Source of the DNA: Nitratidesulfovibrio vulgaris str. Hildenborough
GTDB lineage: Bacteria > Desulfobacterota > Desulfovibrionia > Desulfovibrionales > Desulfovibrionaceae
Assembly: GCF_000195755.1 (NCBI RefSeq)
Contig: NC_002937.3
Span: 1,230,001-1,262,000 of the forward strand
Reading direction: 5' to 3'
Length of the DNA stretch: 32,000 nt
Shown here piece by piece: positions 16,706 through 26,133 of the stretch. How positions within the stretch are numbered: position 1 is the stretch's first letter; the number at the start of each line of letters is the position of its first letter. The position numbers and the translations under genes were made by a program. The notes beneath the pieces are model-generated. The model was given only the letters and a program-made list of their open reading frames with translations, ran no database searches and was not told where the DNA came from.

Positions 16706-17224
16706 AGGTTGCCTGCCCGGCATCCTCTCCCGTCCACACTGATATTGAAGCCGCTGATTGTGGCACCAGCACTGGGCAGATCGTCGCGCAGTCCGCGCAA
16801 CAGGGCGTCCGGCGTCGTGCCTGTCGGTATGCGTCAGGCTGAAGCCGCTTTCGGCATGGGGCGCTCGGGTATGATGAGCAGATGTGCCTCTGACGCTGTG
16901 TGTTTGTCGCGGAAGGCGTAACGGCTGGCGTCCTCGCACAACACCTGCGGAGGATGCAGGGCAAGACAGGGCGGACAGCACGTCTGACGGAAGAGGGCTC
17001 ATGTCTCATCCATGGTCTTGGCGTCCTGCGTCCTGAAGGCCTCGCCGCGGCGGATGGCCGTGCTGTAGTCGTTGCGCAGCGATGATTGTGGCGGGGGTGC
17101 GGCCTTCTGACCGTAACGTGAAAGCTCCACATGCATCGTGAAGCTGGTGATTGGAGCGCAGGGATTTGATTGCCCGTAGTGTTTGTTGCGTGCGTGAACG
17201 CGCTATGTAGTCCTTAAGCAGCAT
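16511..17224 (-). pseudogene. IS5-family transposase remnant (frameshifted, 3'-truncated)
   Basis: Degenerate pieces: N-terminal MLLKDY...TLRAIKSL...SEGRTPATIIAAQRLQH (DUF772-like), LLIIPERPMPKAASA*RIP (compare IIxAPSSTKNKxxxRDP), GFNISVDGRG (compare GMKAHIGVDxxSG) and VTPHHEADLPKANLQHL. These are weak matches from memory. Confidence 0.4.
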
Positions 17225-17370
17225 ATGTCATGCATATGTTGTTTGTGAAGTGATGGAACATGGTCGTGTATGTCAACGGCAATGGCCATATAAAACGAGT
17301 GCGACATGATATTTTATGGTCATTCTGGAGTTTTGATATCTCTAGTGCGGTTGATGTGTTTTTTTTGATA

Positions 17371-18810
17371 CTATTTAATCGATTTGAGTTTTTTTATTTT
17401 TGCACTCAATGCTTGTTGGGTTATGCCGAGAAGTCCAGATGCTACTGTCTGATTGCCACCAGATATTTCCATGGCTTTGCATATGAGTTTTGATGTCATC
17501 GTGTCGATGGCAGACTTGAGTGTGGGAAGATTTTCTGTTGTGAATTGTAAGGTTTCTAAATCGTCCGTTGTGCCTATTGATGATGTGAGCAATTTTGTGT
17601 CGCATTCGTTCATTATGTATTGTCTGAAAGAAGATGAGGATAGCATGTGTGAAGCATGATTCATGAATGCATCGGAAATCATGCCGCGAAGTTCTCGGAT
17701 ATTGCCGGGAAAGGCATAAGACCTGAGCAGATTGATTAGTTCCGGGTGGTATGACGGCGGCTTGCGTTTCTGTTCCCGTGCGTCAAGTTCGAGGAAGTGG
17801 TCGAGGAGGCAGGGAATGTCGCCAGGCCTCTCTCTCAGTGGAGGAATGTGTATCCTGTGTGTCGTGAGCCTGTAGTAGAGGTCGTCTCTAAAGAGTCCCC
17901 TGTGCCGCAGGTCGACGAGGTTCTTGAGGGTCGATGCCACGATTCGAACGTTGGCCTTCTTCGCGTTGTCTGACCCTACGGGGAAGTACTCCTTCTCCTG
18001 CAACAGCCGTAGCAGCTTGACCTGTGACAGTGCTGGCAAGTCGCCTATCTCGTCGAGGAACAGCGTCCCCCCCGCCGCCTTTTCGACAAGCCCTGCCCGG
18101 GGCGTGTCGGCACCTGTGAAGGCACCTCTGGAGTGTCCGAAGAGCGTGTCGGCGAAGACCGGGTCATCGAAAGCCGCGATGTTGACGGCGACGAACTCGC
18201 CCTTGCGTCCGCTCAAGCGATGGAGCGCCTGCGCGACAAGCTCCTTGCCAGTCCCTGTCTCTCCGGTGATGAGTATGGGCTTCGTGCTCGGGGCGACTGC
18301 CTCACAATACCTGAAGATTGCATGCATCTTTTGGTCCTGAGTGACGATATCTGAAAAGGCCTCAGGATGCCGTATTTCTCCATCCAGAAGAGATGCACGC
18401 AGAAGCCGATTCTCACGCTCAAGTTCCCGTCGCTCCAATGCCTGCTGAACCCTGTTGCGCAGATGGTCCTTGTCTACCGGTTTGAGAATGTAGTCCTGCG
18501 CGCCGTTGCGTATGCACTCAACCACCGAATCTATGTCGTTCACGGCCGTGATGATGATTATCGGTACCTCGGGCCGTCTGCGCTTTATCTCCTCGATGAG
18601 TTCAGTGCCGCTCACATGGGGCATGATGAGGTCCAGCAGTATGAGCTCGGCTTCATGCTCGGCAATGAAGGGCAAGACCTTTCTGCTGTCGTCCATGGTG
18701 ACGATGTTGGTGTAGCCCGATGACACCAGCGCGACCTCGAAGCCGTCGAGTGCGGCTCGTTCGTCGTCAACGACAAGTATGGGGCGCTCGGGGAAGACTC
18801 GTGTACTCAT
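17371..18810 (-). CDS. Sigma-54-dependent response regulator (NtrC family: REC + AAA+ + Fis-type HTH)
   Basis: Receiver: ILVVDDER...LILLDLIMP...ITAVNDID...DYILKP. Walker A: GETGTGKE. GAFTGA loop: SRGAFTGA. Also FLDEIGDL and the C-terminal HTH GGNQTVASGLLGITQQALSAKIKKL. The start forms an ATGA overlap with the kinase stop. Confidence 0.92.
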   Translation of the reverse strand: MSTRVFPERPILVVDDERAALDGFEVALVSSGYTNIVTMDDSRKVLPFIAEHEAELILLDLIMPHVSGTELIEEIKRRRPEVPIIIITAVNDIDSVVECIRNGAQDYILKPVDKDHLRNRVQQALERRELERENRLLRASLLDGEIRHPEAFSDIVTQDQKMHAIFRYCEAVAPSTKPILITGETGTGKELVAQALHRLSGRKGEFVAVNIAAFDDPVFADTLFGHSRGAFTGADTPRAGLVEKAAGGTLFLDEIGDLPALSQVKLLRLLQEKEYFPVGSDNAKKANVRIVASTLKNLVDLRHRGLFRDDLYYRLTTHRIHIPPLRERPGDIPCLLDHFLELDAREQKRKPPSYHPELINLLRSYAFPGNIRELRGMISDAFMNHASHMLSSSSFRQYIMNECDTKLLTSSIGTTDDLETLQFTTENLPTLKSAIDTMTSKLICKAMEISGGNQTVASGLLGITQQALSAKIKKLKSIK

Positions 18811-21800
18811 GGCAAAGGCTCCTGCTGCTGGAGGGGGGGGCGCTCTGGTGCCTGAAATCTGAGCGTCACGGTGGTTCCCCGGCCCGGTTCGGAAGAGAAT
18901 TGCATGTTGCCTCCATGTTCCTTGATGATTCCCGCCGAGACCGAGAGACCGAGTCCCGTTCCGCCCTGATCACGCTTCGTGGTATAGAACGGGTCGCAAA
19001 TGTGCGTGAGTTGCTCCTGTGTTATGCCATGCCCCTCGTCGACGATTTCGAAGCAGACAGTGCCGTCTGCCCGGTAGGTGCGCATGTGAATGCCCTGCCG
19101 CCTGTTTTGCAGGGCCTGATAGGCGTTCTGGATGAGATTGACGAGTATCTGCTCTATGCGTCGCTGGTCGCCCCGAAAGGCAGGCAGTCCGTCCTCGGTC
19201 TCGACGACGAGCCGGTTGGTGGCCTTCCGCAGTGGCGTTGTCAGCAGTTCGAGCGCAGAATGCACGGCCTTGTTCAGGTCGACGCTCCCGCTCATGTCCA
19301 GCGGCACTTGCCGGGCATAGTCCTTCAGGTTGCAAATGATAGTGGACACGCGTTCGGCTCCCTGATGGATGCCGCGCAGCAGTTTCGGAATGCTCTTGCG
19401 CGCGTAGTCGAACGGCATTCCCGCTATCCACAGGTCTTCCTTTTTGCTCTCGCGGTCGAGAATGTGGATGGAGTCGTCCCATATGGATTGCAACAGGCCG
19501 ATATTCATGCGGATGAAACTGGAGGGGTTGTTGATCTCGTGCGCCACGCCCGCGACAAGAATGCCAAGGGACGCCATCTTGTCTGCCTGCCTCACGGATT
19601 CGAAACTGCGTTCCAGTTCTTCGGTGCGCAGCCTTACCTGACTTTCGAGACTCTCGTTCAGTTCTTTGAGGCGTTCTTCGCTGTGGCGGAGTTTTTCCTC
19701 GGCGAGTTTGCGTTCGGTGATGTCGTCCAGCAACCATATGCTGCCGTATTCCACATGGACGGGATCGACGACACTGACGGAGAGTACGCACCAGTACTGT
19801 TGCGTGCTGGAATGGAAGATGGGCAGTTCGACATCGAACTTCCCGCCACTTACATGGGCGGCGCGCACTTCGTTCATGATGTCGGTGCCGGTACCCAGCT
19901 TGGCGAGGATGGTGCCAAGGGGCATGGTCGCCCCTTGCCGCAGGTCGTCGGCAAGGCCACACAGCCGCATGAAACGGTTGTTGCCCCACACCACCCGCTT
20001 CTCTCGCACGTAGGCGATGCCGATTGAAGCGTTCTCGAGTATGAGGCGCTGCTGGCTGGCCGATTCCGCCAGCTGGGCGCTCATGGCCTCACGTCTTTTG
20101 ACCTCTTCGTTCAGTTCGTGGATGTGCCTGTCCAGTTCGTCTTCAGTCCGCAGTCGCGTCTCCTGGATGAGCGATGACCACCATACCCATATGCCGTTGA
20201 TGAGCGAGGAGAAGACGAAGATCGTGGCACATATCTCTTCTAGCAGGGGGCTGCCGAGCCCCGTGTTCCTGAAGTAGGCGTAGCAGAGGACGAAGATGAG
20301 GGCCTGTGCACAGAAGATATTGAAGAAATGCAGGCAGAATATCTTGGCCCTGCGGCTGAGGTGCAGGAACGGGAGGGGAATCTTCGCCTCGTCCCATGCC
20401 TCCTTGCGTCCGGCCGTTGCGTGCGCGAGGCGTTTGCAGAAACCTCCGCATACGCTGTCGAGGGAACAGCATAGCGAGCATACGGGTTCGTCATAGGCGG
20501 GACAGTACACCATGTCGCCCGCCTCGTAGCTGTTGCCGCAGGTGGTGCATGTGGTGCTGGCGGTGAGCGAGACCGGTTCGGCCTTGCGCGCCATGTAGTA
20601 CTTGCCGCCTGTGAGAAGGGCTATGCCCACTGCCGTGGGGACGGAGACGACGAGGGCGACGAGGGGGGCGAACGCTTGCGGCAAGGGGCCGAAAGCCCCC
20701 CGGTAGCAAAGGAGGGACACGCCAGACGCCATGAGCATGGCGCCGAAGCCCACGGGGTTGAGGTTGTACAGGTTGGCCCTCTTGTATTCGATGTGCCTCG
20801 GGCTGAGGCCGAGGGGCTTGAGGATGACAAGGTCGGCGAAGAGGGCCCCCACCCACGAGACGGCGAACATCGCATAGACCATCAGCACCGAATGCAGCAG
20901 GTAGAAGACGCCGAACTGCATGAGCAGAAGGGATATCGTCACGTTGAAGACGAGCCACAGCGCCCTGCCGGGGTGGCTGTGAGAGATGCGTGAGAAGAAG
21001 TTCGACCATGCCAGCGAGCCGGCGTAGGCGTTGGTGACGTTGATCTTCACCTGACACACGATCACGAAGATGGTTGTCGTGGCGAGAGTGAGCCCGCCCG
21101 TTCCGAGCAACGCCGAGAAGCCGTTGTAGTAGAGATTCACGGGGTCGAGCGCGTCGCTGATGCGCGCTCCGGCTTTCTGCATGAAGTACACGGCGAGAAA
21201 GGAGCCGCCCAGAAGTTTCAGGCATCCGACGACTATCCAGCCGGGCCCGGCCGCCGCCATGGAGAGCCACCACGCGCCTTTGTTCTCTGGTGTCTTGTCG
21301 GGAAGAAAGCGCAGGTAGTCCACCTGTTCGCCAATCTGGGGGACGAGCGAGAAAAGCACGGAGAGTGCACCGCCGAAGAGCAGGGGGTCGAATCCCGCCG
21401 CCATGCCGTCCTTGCCTGTATATTCGACCCAGGCATCAAGCGCGGTCGGGTCGCAGGTGAGGATATAGGCGAACAGTATCACGGTGAGCACGACCCACAC
21501 CGGCTGGGTGTACAGTTGCAGCTTGTTGATGAAGGTTATGCCGTAGAAGACCAGCGGGATGATGACCACCGAACTGATCAGGTAGCCCAGGTGTATAGGG
21601 ATACCCAGCCCGACGGAGAGGGCCTTGGCCATTATGGCGGCTTCGATGGCGAAGAATATGATGGTGTAGGACGCATAGATGAGCGAAGTGACAGTCGAGC
21701 CGTAATAGCCGAACCCGGCTCCTCGCGTGAGTAGGTCGATATCCACGTTGTAGCGCGAGGCGTAGTACGAGATGGGCAGCCCGGTGAGGATGATGATGGC

Positions 21801-22064
21801 CGAGACGCAAAGGATGGCAAGCGTGGAATTGACGAAGCCGTTGTTGAGCACGAGCAGGGCACCGATGGCCTCAAGGGCCATGAAGGTGATGCCTCCGAGC
21901 GCCGTATTGGCCAGCAGCCAGCAGGGCCAGCGCCTGAACGACTTGGCGGCACTGCGGAGCGAATAGTCCTCTATGGCCTCGTTGACCACGAGCGCGTTGT
22001 AAATCCTCCTGCGTTTCAGGGCTTTTATCGACAGGCTTCGCGCATCGTGAAGTGGGGTTTGCAT
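18807..22064 (-). CDS. Hybrid sensor histidine kinase: permease-like 12-TM domain, Cys-rich cluster, extra TMs, PAS, HisKA and HATPase
   Basis: Residues ~30-495 are polytopic with NCS1/CodB-like motifs (EDYSLRSAAKSFRRW, GEQVDYLRFLP). Residues ~505-545 read CTTCGNSYEAGDMVYCPAYDEPVCSLCCSLDSVCGGFCK. A PAS-like region follows. The H-box is AGVAHEINNP (His codon 19539-19541). N and G boxes include DEGHGI and GGTGLGLSVS. Confidence 0.9.
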   Translation of the reverse strand: MQTPLHDARSLSIKALKRRRIYNALVVNEAIEDYSLRSAAKSFRRWPCWLLANTALGGITFMALEAIGALLVLNNGFVNSTLAILCVSAIIILTGLPISYYASRYNVDIDLLTRGAGFGYYGSTVTSLIYASYTIIFFAIEAAIMAKALSVGLGIPIHLGYLISSVVIIPLVFYGITFINKLQLYTQPVWVVLTVILFAYILTCDPTALDAWVEYTGKDGMAAGFDPLLFGGALSVLFSLVPQIGEQVDYLRFLPDKTPENKGAWWLSMAAAGPGWIVVGCLKLLGGSFLAVYFMQKAGARISDALDPVNLYYNGFSALLGTGGLTLATTTIFVIVCQVKINVTNAYAGSLAWSNFFSRISHSHPGRALWLVFNVTISLLLMQFGVFYLLHSVLMVYAMFAVSWVGALFADLVILKPLGLSPRHIEYKRANLYNLNPVGFGAMLMASGVSLLCYRGAFGPLPQAFAPLVALVVSVPTAVGIALLTGGKYYMARKAEPVSLTASTTCTTCGNSYEAGDMVYCPAYDEPVCSLCCSLDSVCGGFCKRLAHATAGRKEAWDEAKIPLPFLHLSRRAKIFCLHFFNIFCAQALIFVLCYAYFRNTGLGSPLLEEICATIFVFSSLINGIWVWWSSLIQETRLRTEDELDRHIHELNEEVKRREAMSAQLAESASQQRLILENASIGIAYVREKRVVWGNNRFMRLCGLADDLRQGATMPLGTILAKLGTGTDIMNEVRAAHVSGGKFDVELPIFHSSTQQYWCVLSVSVVDPVHVEYGSIWLLDDITERKLAEEKLRHSEERLKELNESLESQVRLRTEELERSFESVRQADKMASLGILVAGVAHEINNPSSFIRMNIGLLQSIWDDSIHILDRESKKEDLWIAGMPFDYARKSIPKLLRGIHQGAERVSTIICNLKDYARQVPLDMSGSVDLNKAVHSALELLTTPLRKATNRLVVETEDGLPAFRGDQRRIEQILVNLIQNAYQALQNRRQGIHMRTYRADGTVCFEIVDEGHGITQEQLTHICDPFYTTKRDQGGTGLGLSVSAGIIKEHGGNMQFSSEPGRGTTVTLRFQAPERPPLQQQEPLP

Positions 22065-22307
22065 AGTCCACCAGCGCTTATGTGTGCCGATCCCGCGTGG
22101 ATGGGCGGGGTCTGCCGATTGCAGGCCTATCCTCGGTCATCCTGAAAGCCGTCAGGTAAGGCAGGTCATGGTGTGGGCATCCGGACTTCTGGCAGGTCAT
22201 TGTCAAAGCCGGCTGCATCCTCCCCGGGCCTGTCCGACGCGGATTGTGCCATATGTTCCGCATACCTTCTTTCCCCATGAAAGCATAGCTATTTCATATG
22301 CTTATAT

Positions 22308-22814
22308 TCATTCGCCGATATGCTGCCTGTGCGTGTCATGCCCCCGGACTTCGGCGATGTGGCGTTCGCGGCAGGTATCCGAGCAGAAGTCGCCGGATGG
22401 CTCTTCTGCTGTTGCAGGCTCTTCACCGGCATGGCGTTCCCTGGTGATGAATCTTGTGCCGCAGTGGTCGCATACCTCGGTCGTGCTCTTGATCAGCGTG
22501 ACCAGACATCGTTCGGAGCAGACAGCAAGCTCCTCCCTGGCACCGGCGCGGACGGTTGCAGGGCTTCCGCACACCCGGCAAGGGACGGCGGCGGTGGCTG
22601 CCATCAGGTCGGTGCCGCATGCGGGGCAGAATAGCTGCGGCCTGATTGTCATGCGGTCACCGCAGCGTGGGCACGAAGTGCGCATCGGCCCTCCGCAATG
22701 GGGGCAACTGCCCGTGTCGCCAGACTCCGTGCGGGCGGCATGGGGAAGTTGAGACTGGCCTGAACGCCCGGAACAGTAGGGATTGGGGCAGTATGCGTAA
22801 GCGTGGTTGTCCAT
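22308..22814 (-). CDS. Multi-zinc-ribbon protein (about seven Cys pairs), function unknown
   Basis: The ATG at 22814 has the RBS GAGGTG (GTG at 22820 is an alternative). Motifs: CPNPYC, CPHCGGPMRTSCPRCG, CPACG, CRVCG, CSERC, CDHCG and CSDTC. It has its own sigma-54 promoter. Confidence 0.6.
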   Translation of the reverse strand: MDNHAYAYCPNPYCSGRSGQSQLPHAARTESGDTGSCPHCGGPMRTSCPRCGDRMTIRPQLFCPACGTDLMAATAAVPCRVCGSPATVRAGAREELAVCSERCLVTLIKSTTEVCDHCGTRFITRERHAGEEPATAEEPSGDFCSDTCRERHIAEVRGHDTHRQHIGE

Positions 22815-22868
22815 GTTCACCTCGATGAGGGAAGAGGGTGCATTGGGGGCAAACTGTCATCGGGTAGA

Positions 22869-22884
22869 AGCGAGCACCATGCCA
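22869..22884 (-). promoter_or_regulatory. Sigma-54 (-24/-12) promoter of the zinc-ribbon ORF
   Basis: The minus strand reads TGGCATGGTGCTCGCT, with GG and GC at canonical spacing. It lies about 50 nt upstream of the ATG. Confidence 0.6.
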
Positions 22885-22958
22885 AAGGATGCTTGGCATG
22901 TAATATATTTGAATAATTTGGTATTTCCGTGATGTTCCCGTCGCGTGCCAAAGGGGAG

Positions 22959-22978
22959 GTCACAACGTCTGTTGTGGC
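22959..22978. promoter_or_regulatory. Candidate enhancer (UAS) palindrome CACAA-N6-TTGTG
   Basis: GTCACAACGTCTGTTGTGGC. Its centre lies 86 bp upstream of the -24 GG of the 22869 promoter. Confidence 0.5.
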
Positions 22979-23046
22979 TTCCCGGGGAGACTGCTCCTTC
23001 AGAGCACGTCTGGCATGGATGATGGCGTTTCAGGGGGTGGCGTTGG

Positions 23047-23064
23047 CTACAACCGCGGTTGTAG
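23047..23064. promoter_or_regulatory. Perfect 18-bp palindrome, variant UAS
   Basis: CTACAACCGCGGTTGTAG (TACAA-N6-TTGTA). It lies 87 bp beyond the 22959 site and is intergenic. Confidence 0.4.
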
Positions 23065-23138
23065 GACTTCATGGGATAGTGGCGGAGGGACGGGCTGGAC
23101 TCCGCCCCTCCGCCGTGCACCCACCCTGTGGGGAGCCT

Positions 23139-24188
<1,050 letters not shown>

Positions 24189-24419
24189 TCAGACTGAAGT
24201 CTTCATTTCAGCCTTGAGTTTGTCTTTTTCTTTCGCCTTTGCCAGTCCACCGAGCATGTTCCGTTCCCAGTGGTCGGCGTTGCGATAATAGGTGATGGAT
24301 ATGATGCGCGTTGTCTGGACACTTTTGCAGAATGGACAGACAGCCTGTGCATCATCCTTTCCTCCAATGACTTCGAACCAATCGGAACATTGGTCGCATA
24401 TGTATTCATAGATCGGCAT
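24189..24419 (-). CDS. fmdB: FmdB-family zinc-ribbon protein
   Basis: MPIYEYICDQCSDWFEV...CPFCKS is the CxxC...CxxC FmdB/TIGR02605-type signature. It is the first gene of the UT transcription unit. Confidence 0.85.
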   Translation of the reverse strand: MPIYEYICDQCSDWFEVIGGKDDAQAVCPFCKSVQTTRIISITYYRNADHWERNMLGGLAKAKEKDKLKAEMKTSV

Positions 24420-24451
24420 TCCTGTTCTCCTGTTGTTTTGCAGTATGGAAA

Positions 24452-24467
24452 AGCGATAATCGTGCCA
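24452..24467 (-). promoter_or_regulatory. Sigma-54 promoter of fmdB-UT
   Basis: The minus strand reads TGGCACGATTATCGCT. It lies about 33 nt upstream of the fmdB ATG. Confidence 0.65.
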
Positions 24468-24543
24468 GTGTCTGATGTTCCTTTAAGTGGCCGTCATCAC
24501 TGTTCATGTTGTGCTCATGCAGGGAACGCGGGGGGCGGAGTCC

Positions 24544-24559
24544 CACAAACGTCCTTGTG
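24544..24559. promoter_or_regulatory. Candidate UAS palindrome CACAA-N6-TTGTG
   Basis: CACAAACGTCCTTGTG. Its centre lies 86 bp upstream of the -24 GG of the fmdB promoter. Confidence 0.5.
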
Positions 24560-24739
24560 AGAAGAGCGGGAGCGCGTGGCTGTCGTGCGGCTGGCATTGA
24601 GAGTACCTCCTGCCTTCGGCAGTGTGTCGCGCTGCCGGAGAGGACGGGCGGTCCGTGTCCGAGGCAGGACCGCCCGTTGCGGCATCGGCCTCACTCGGTC
24701 AACGCTTCACACGGAAGGGTCGGTCGGTGCCGTGCCGTC

Positions 24740-26014
24740 TCAGGATGTCTCGCCGGCTGCCTGTTGCTCGAGGAACATGCGCCGCCTTATCTGGCGCAGG
24801 TCCATGCAGAGGAGGCAGGAGACGATGAACGCGAAGGTGAGGAAGCCGGTGAAGATGTAGAGAGTCATCGTATAGCTGCCCGTCGCTTCCAGCACGCGCG
24901 TGACGATAGACGGCCCGACCATGCCTGCGATGCCCCATGCGGTCAGCTCGTAGCCGTGGATGGTGCCGAGTTGCTTGGTTCCGAACATGTCACCGAGGAA
25001 GGCTGGAAGAGTGGAGAACCCCCCGCCGTAACAGGTCAGGATGATGAAGATGAGGCACTGGAACCCCAGATGACTGGTGGTCGTCGTCAACGCCATGAAC
25101 GCGCATATCTGGATGAGGAAGAAGGCCATGTATGTGCGCCCGCGACCGAGGTAGTCGGAGAGGCTGGCCCAGCCGATTCTCCCCCCGCCGTTGAAGAGCC
25201 CCATGAGTCCGACCATCGTGGCTGCCTGCATCGGTGAGAGTCCGATGACTTCCTGCGCCATGGGAGACGCGACGGAGATGAGAGCGATGCCGCAAGTGAT
25301 GTTGATGAACAGCATGAGCCACATGAAGTAGAAACGCTTGGTGCGGATGGCCTCGGCAACCGTGTACTGACCAAGGTCCCTCTTGAGGGTCCTGCCAGCG
25401 GATTGCTGTCCCTGTGCGGCATATCCGGGAGGGACCCAGCCCTCGGGAGGCGGCGCCAGATACAGGGATGACCCGTAGATGAGGCAGAAGTAGATGGCCC
25501 CGAGAACGAAGTACACCTGCCAGATCTCCATGATCTGGAAGAGTTTCGCCATGATGGGCCCGAAGATCATCGCCGCGAAGCCGAATCCCATGATGGCCAT
25601 GCCCGTTGCCAGCCCTCGACGGTCGGGGAACCATTTCACGAGCGTGGAGACAGGCGTGATATAGCCGACCCCCAGGCCGATGCCCCCGATCACACCGTAG
25701 CTCAAGAGGAACAGGGGCAGTGATCCCAGCTTGACGGCGATGCCGGCCCCCATGATGCCCGCCGTGTACAATATGCCCGCAAGGCGGCCTGAATTGCGCG
25801 GCCCCATCTTCTCGACCGAACGGCCGAGGAATGCGGCTGAGAATCCCAGAAAGAGGATGGCGAGACTGAACGCCAACGTGATGTTGCTCTTCTGCCAACC
25901 ATGTAACTGGTTGAGCGGCAGCGTCATGACACTGTAGGCGTAGACGGAACCGATGGAGATGTGCACGCCCACTGCCGATGCGGCTATGAGCCAGCGGTTC
26001 TTCACTTTATCCAT
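24740..26014 (-). CDS. MFS transporter, oxalate/formate antiporter (OFA) family
   Basis: The ATG at 26014 has the RBS AGGAGAAAG. The sequence NRWLIAASAVGVHISIGSVYAYSV...WFPDRRGLATGMAIMGFG is typical of OFA/OxlT-like MFS transporters. The track ORF start at 26389 is an extension. Confidence 0.85.
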   Translation of the reverse strand: MDKVKNRWLIAASAVGVHISIGSVYAYSVMTLPLNQLHGWQKSNITLAFSLAILFLGFSAAFLGRSVEKMGPRNSGRLAGILYTAGIMGAGIAVKLGSLPLFLLSYGVIGGIGLGVGYITPVSTLVKWFPDRRGLATGMAIMGFGFAAMIFGPIMAKLFQIMEIWQVYFVLGAIYFCLIYGSSLYLAPPPEGWVPPGYAAQGQQSAGRTLKRDLGQYTVAEAIRTKRFYFMWLMLFINITCGIALISVASPMAQEVIGLSPMQAATMVGLMGLFNGGGRIGWASLSDYLGRGRTYMAFFLIQICAFMALTTTTSHLGFQCLIFIILTCYGGGFSTLPAFLGDMFGTKQLGTIHGYELTAWGIAGMVGPSIVTRVLEATGSYTMTLYIFTGFLTFAFIVSCLLCMDLRQIRRRMFLEQQAAGETS

Positions 26015-26080
26015 GATGCTTTCTCCTGTGCAGTCGGGCCGCAGACCGTTGCTGCAGGCCGATACAGACCACTTAGAGTG

Positions 26081-26109
26081 AAAAGAGGCGGCCGTGACCG
26101 GCCGCCTCT
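26081..26109 (-). terminator. Intrinsic terminator/attenuator between amiF and the MFS gene
   Basis: A perfect 11-bp stem AGAGGCGGCCG / CGGCCGCCTCT with a 4-nt loop. It is followed on the minus strand by TTTTCACTCT. Confidence 0.6.
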
Positions 26110-26133
26110 GCGAACCTGCTACACGTTCCGGAC

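Noticed and set aside
18720-20027. 435-aa plus-strand ORF
   Set aside because: It is antisense to the histidine kinase gene, whose PAS, HisKA and HATPase motifs are unambiguous. I saw no RBS or recognisable domain.
22237-22251. TGGCAC hexamer upstream of the kinase operon (minus strand TGGCACAATCCGCGT)
   Set aside because: The GC dinucleotide is one position off the canonical -12 spacing, and no CACAA-N6-TTGTG palindrome is nearby. I therefore did not call it a sigma-54 promoter.
22941-22956. Second TGGCAC (minus strand TGGCACGCGACGGGAA) upstream of the zinc-ribbon ORF
   Set aside because: It lacks GC at the -12 position. The promoter at 22869-22884 fits much better.
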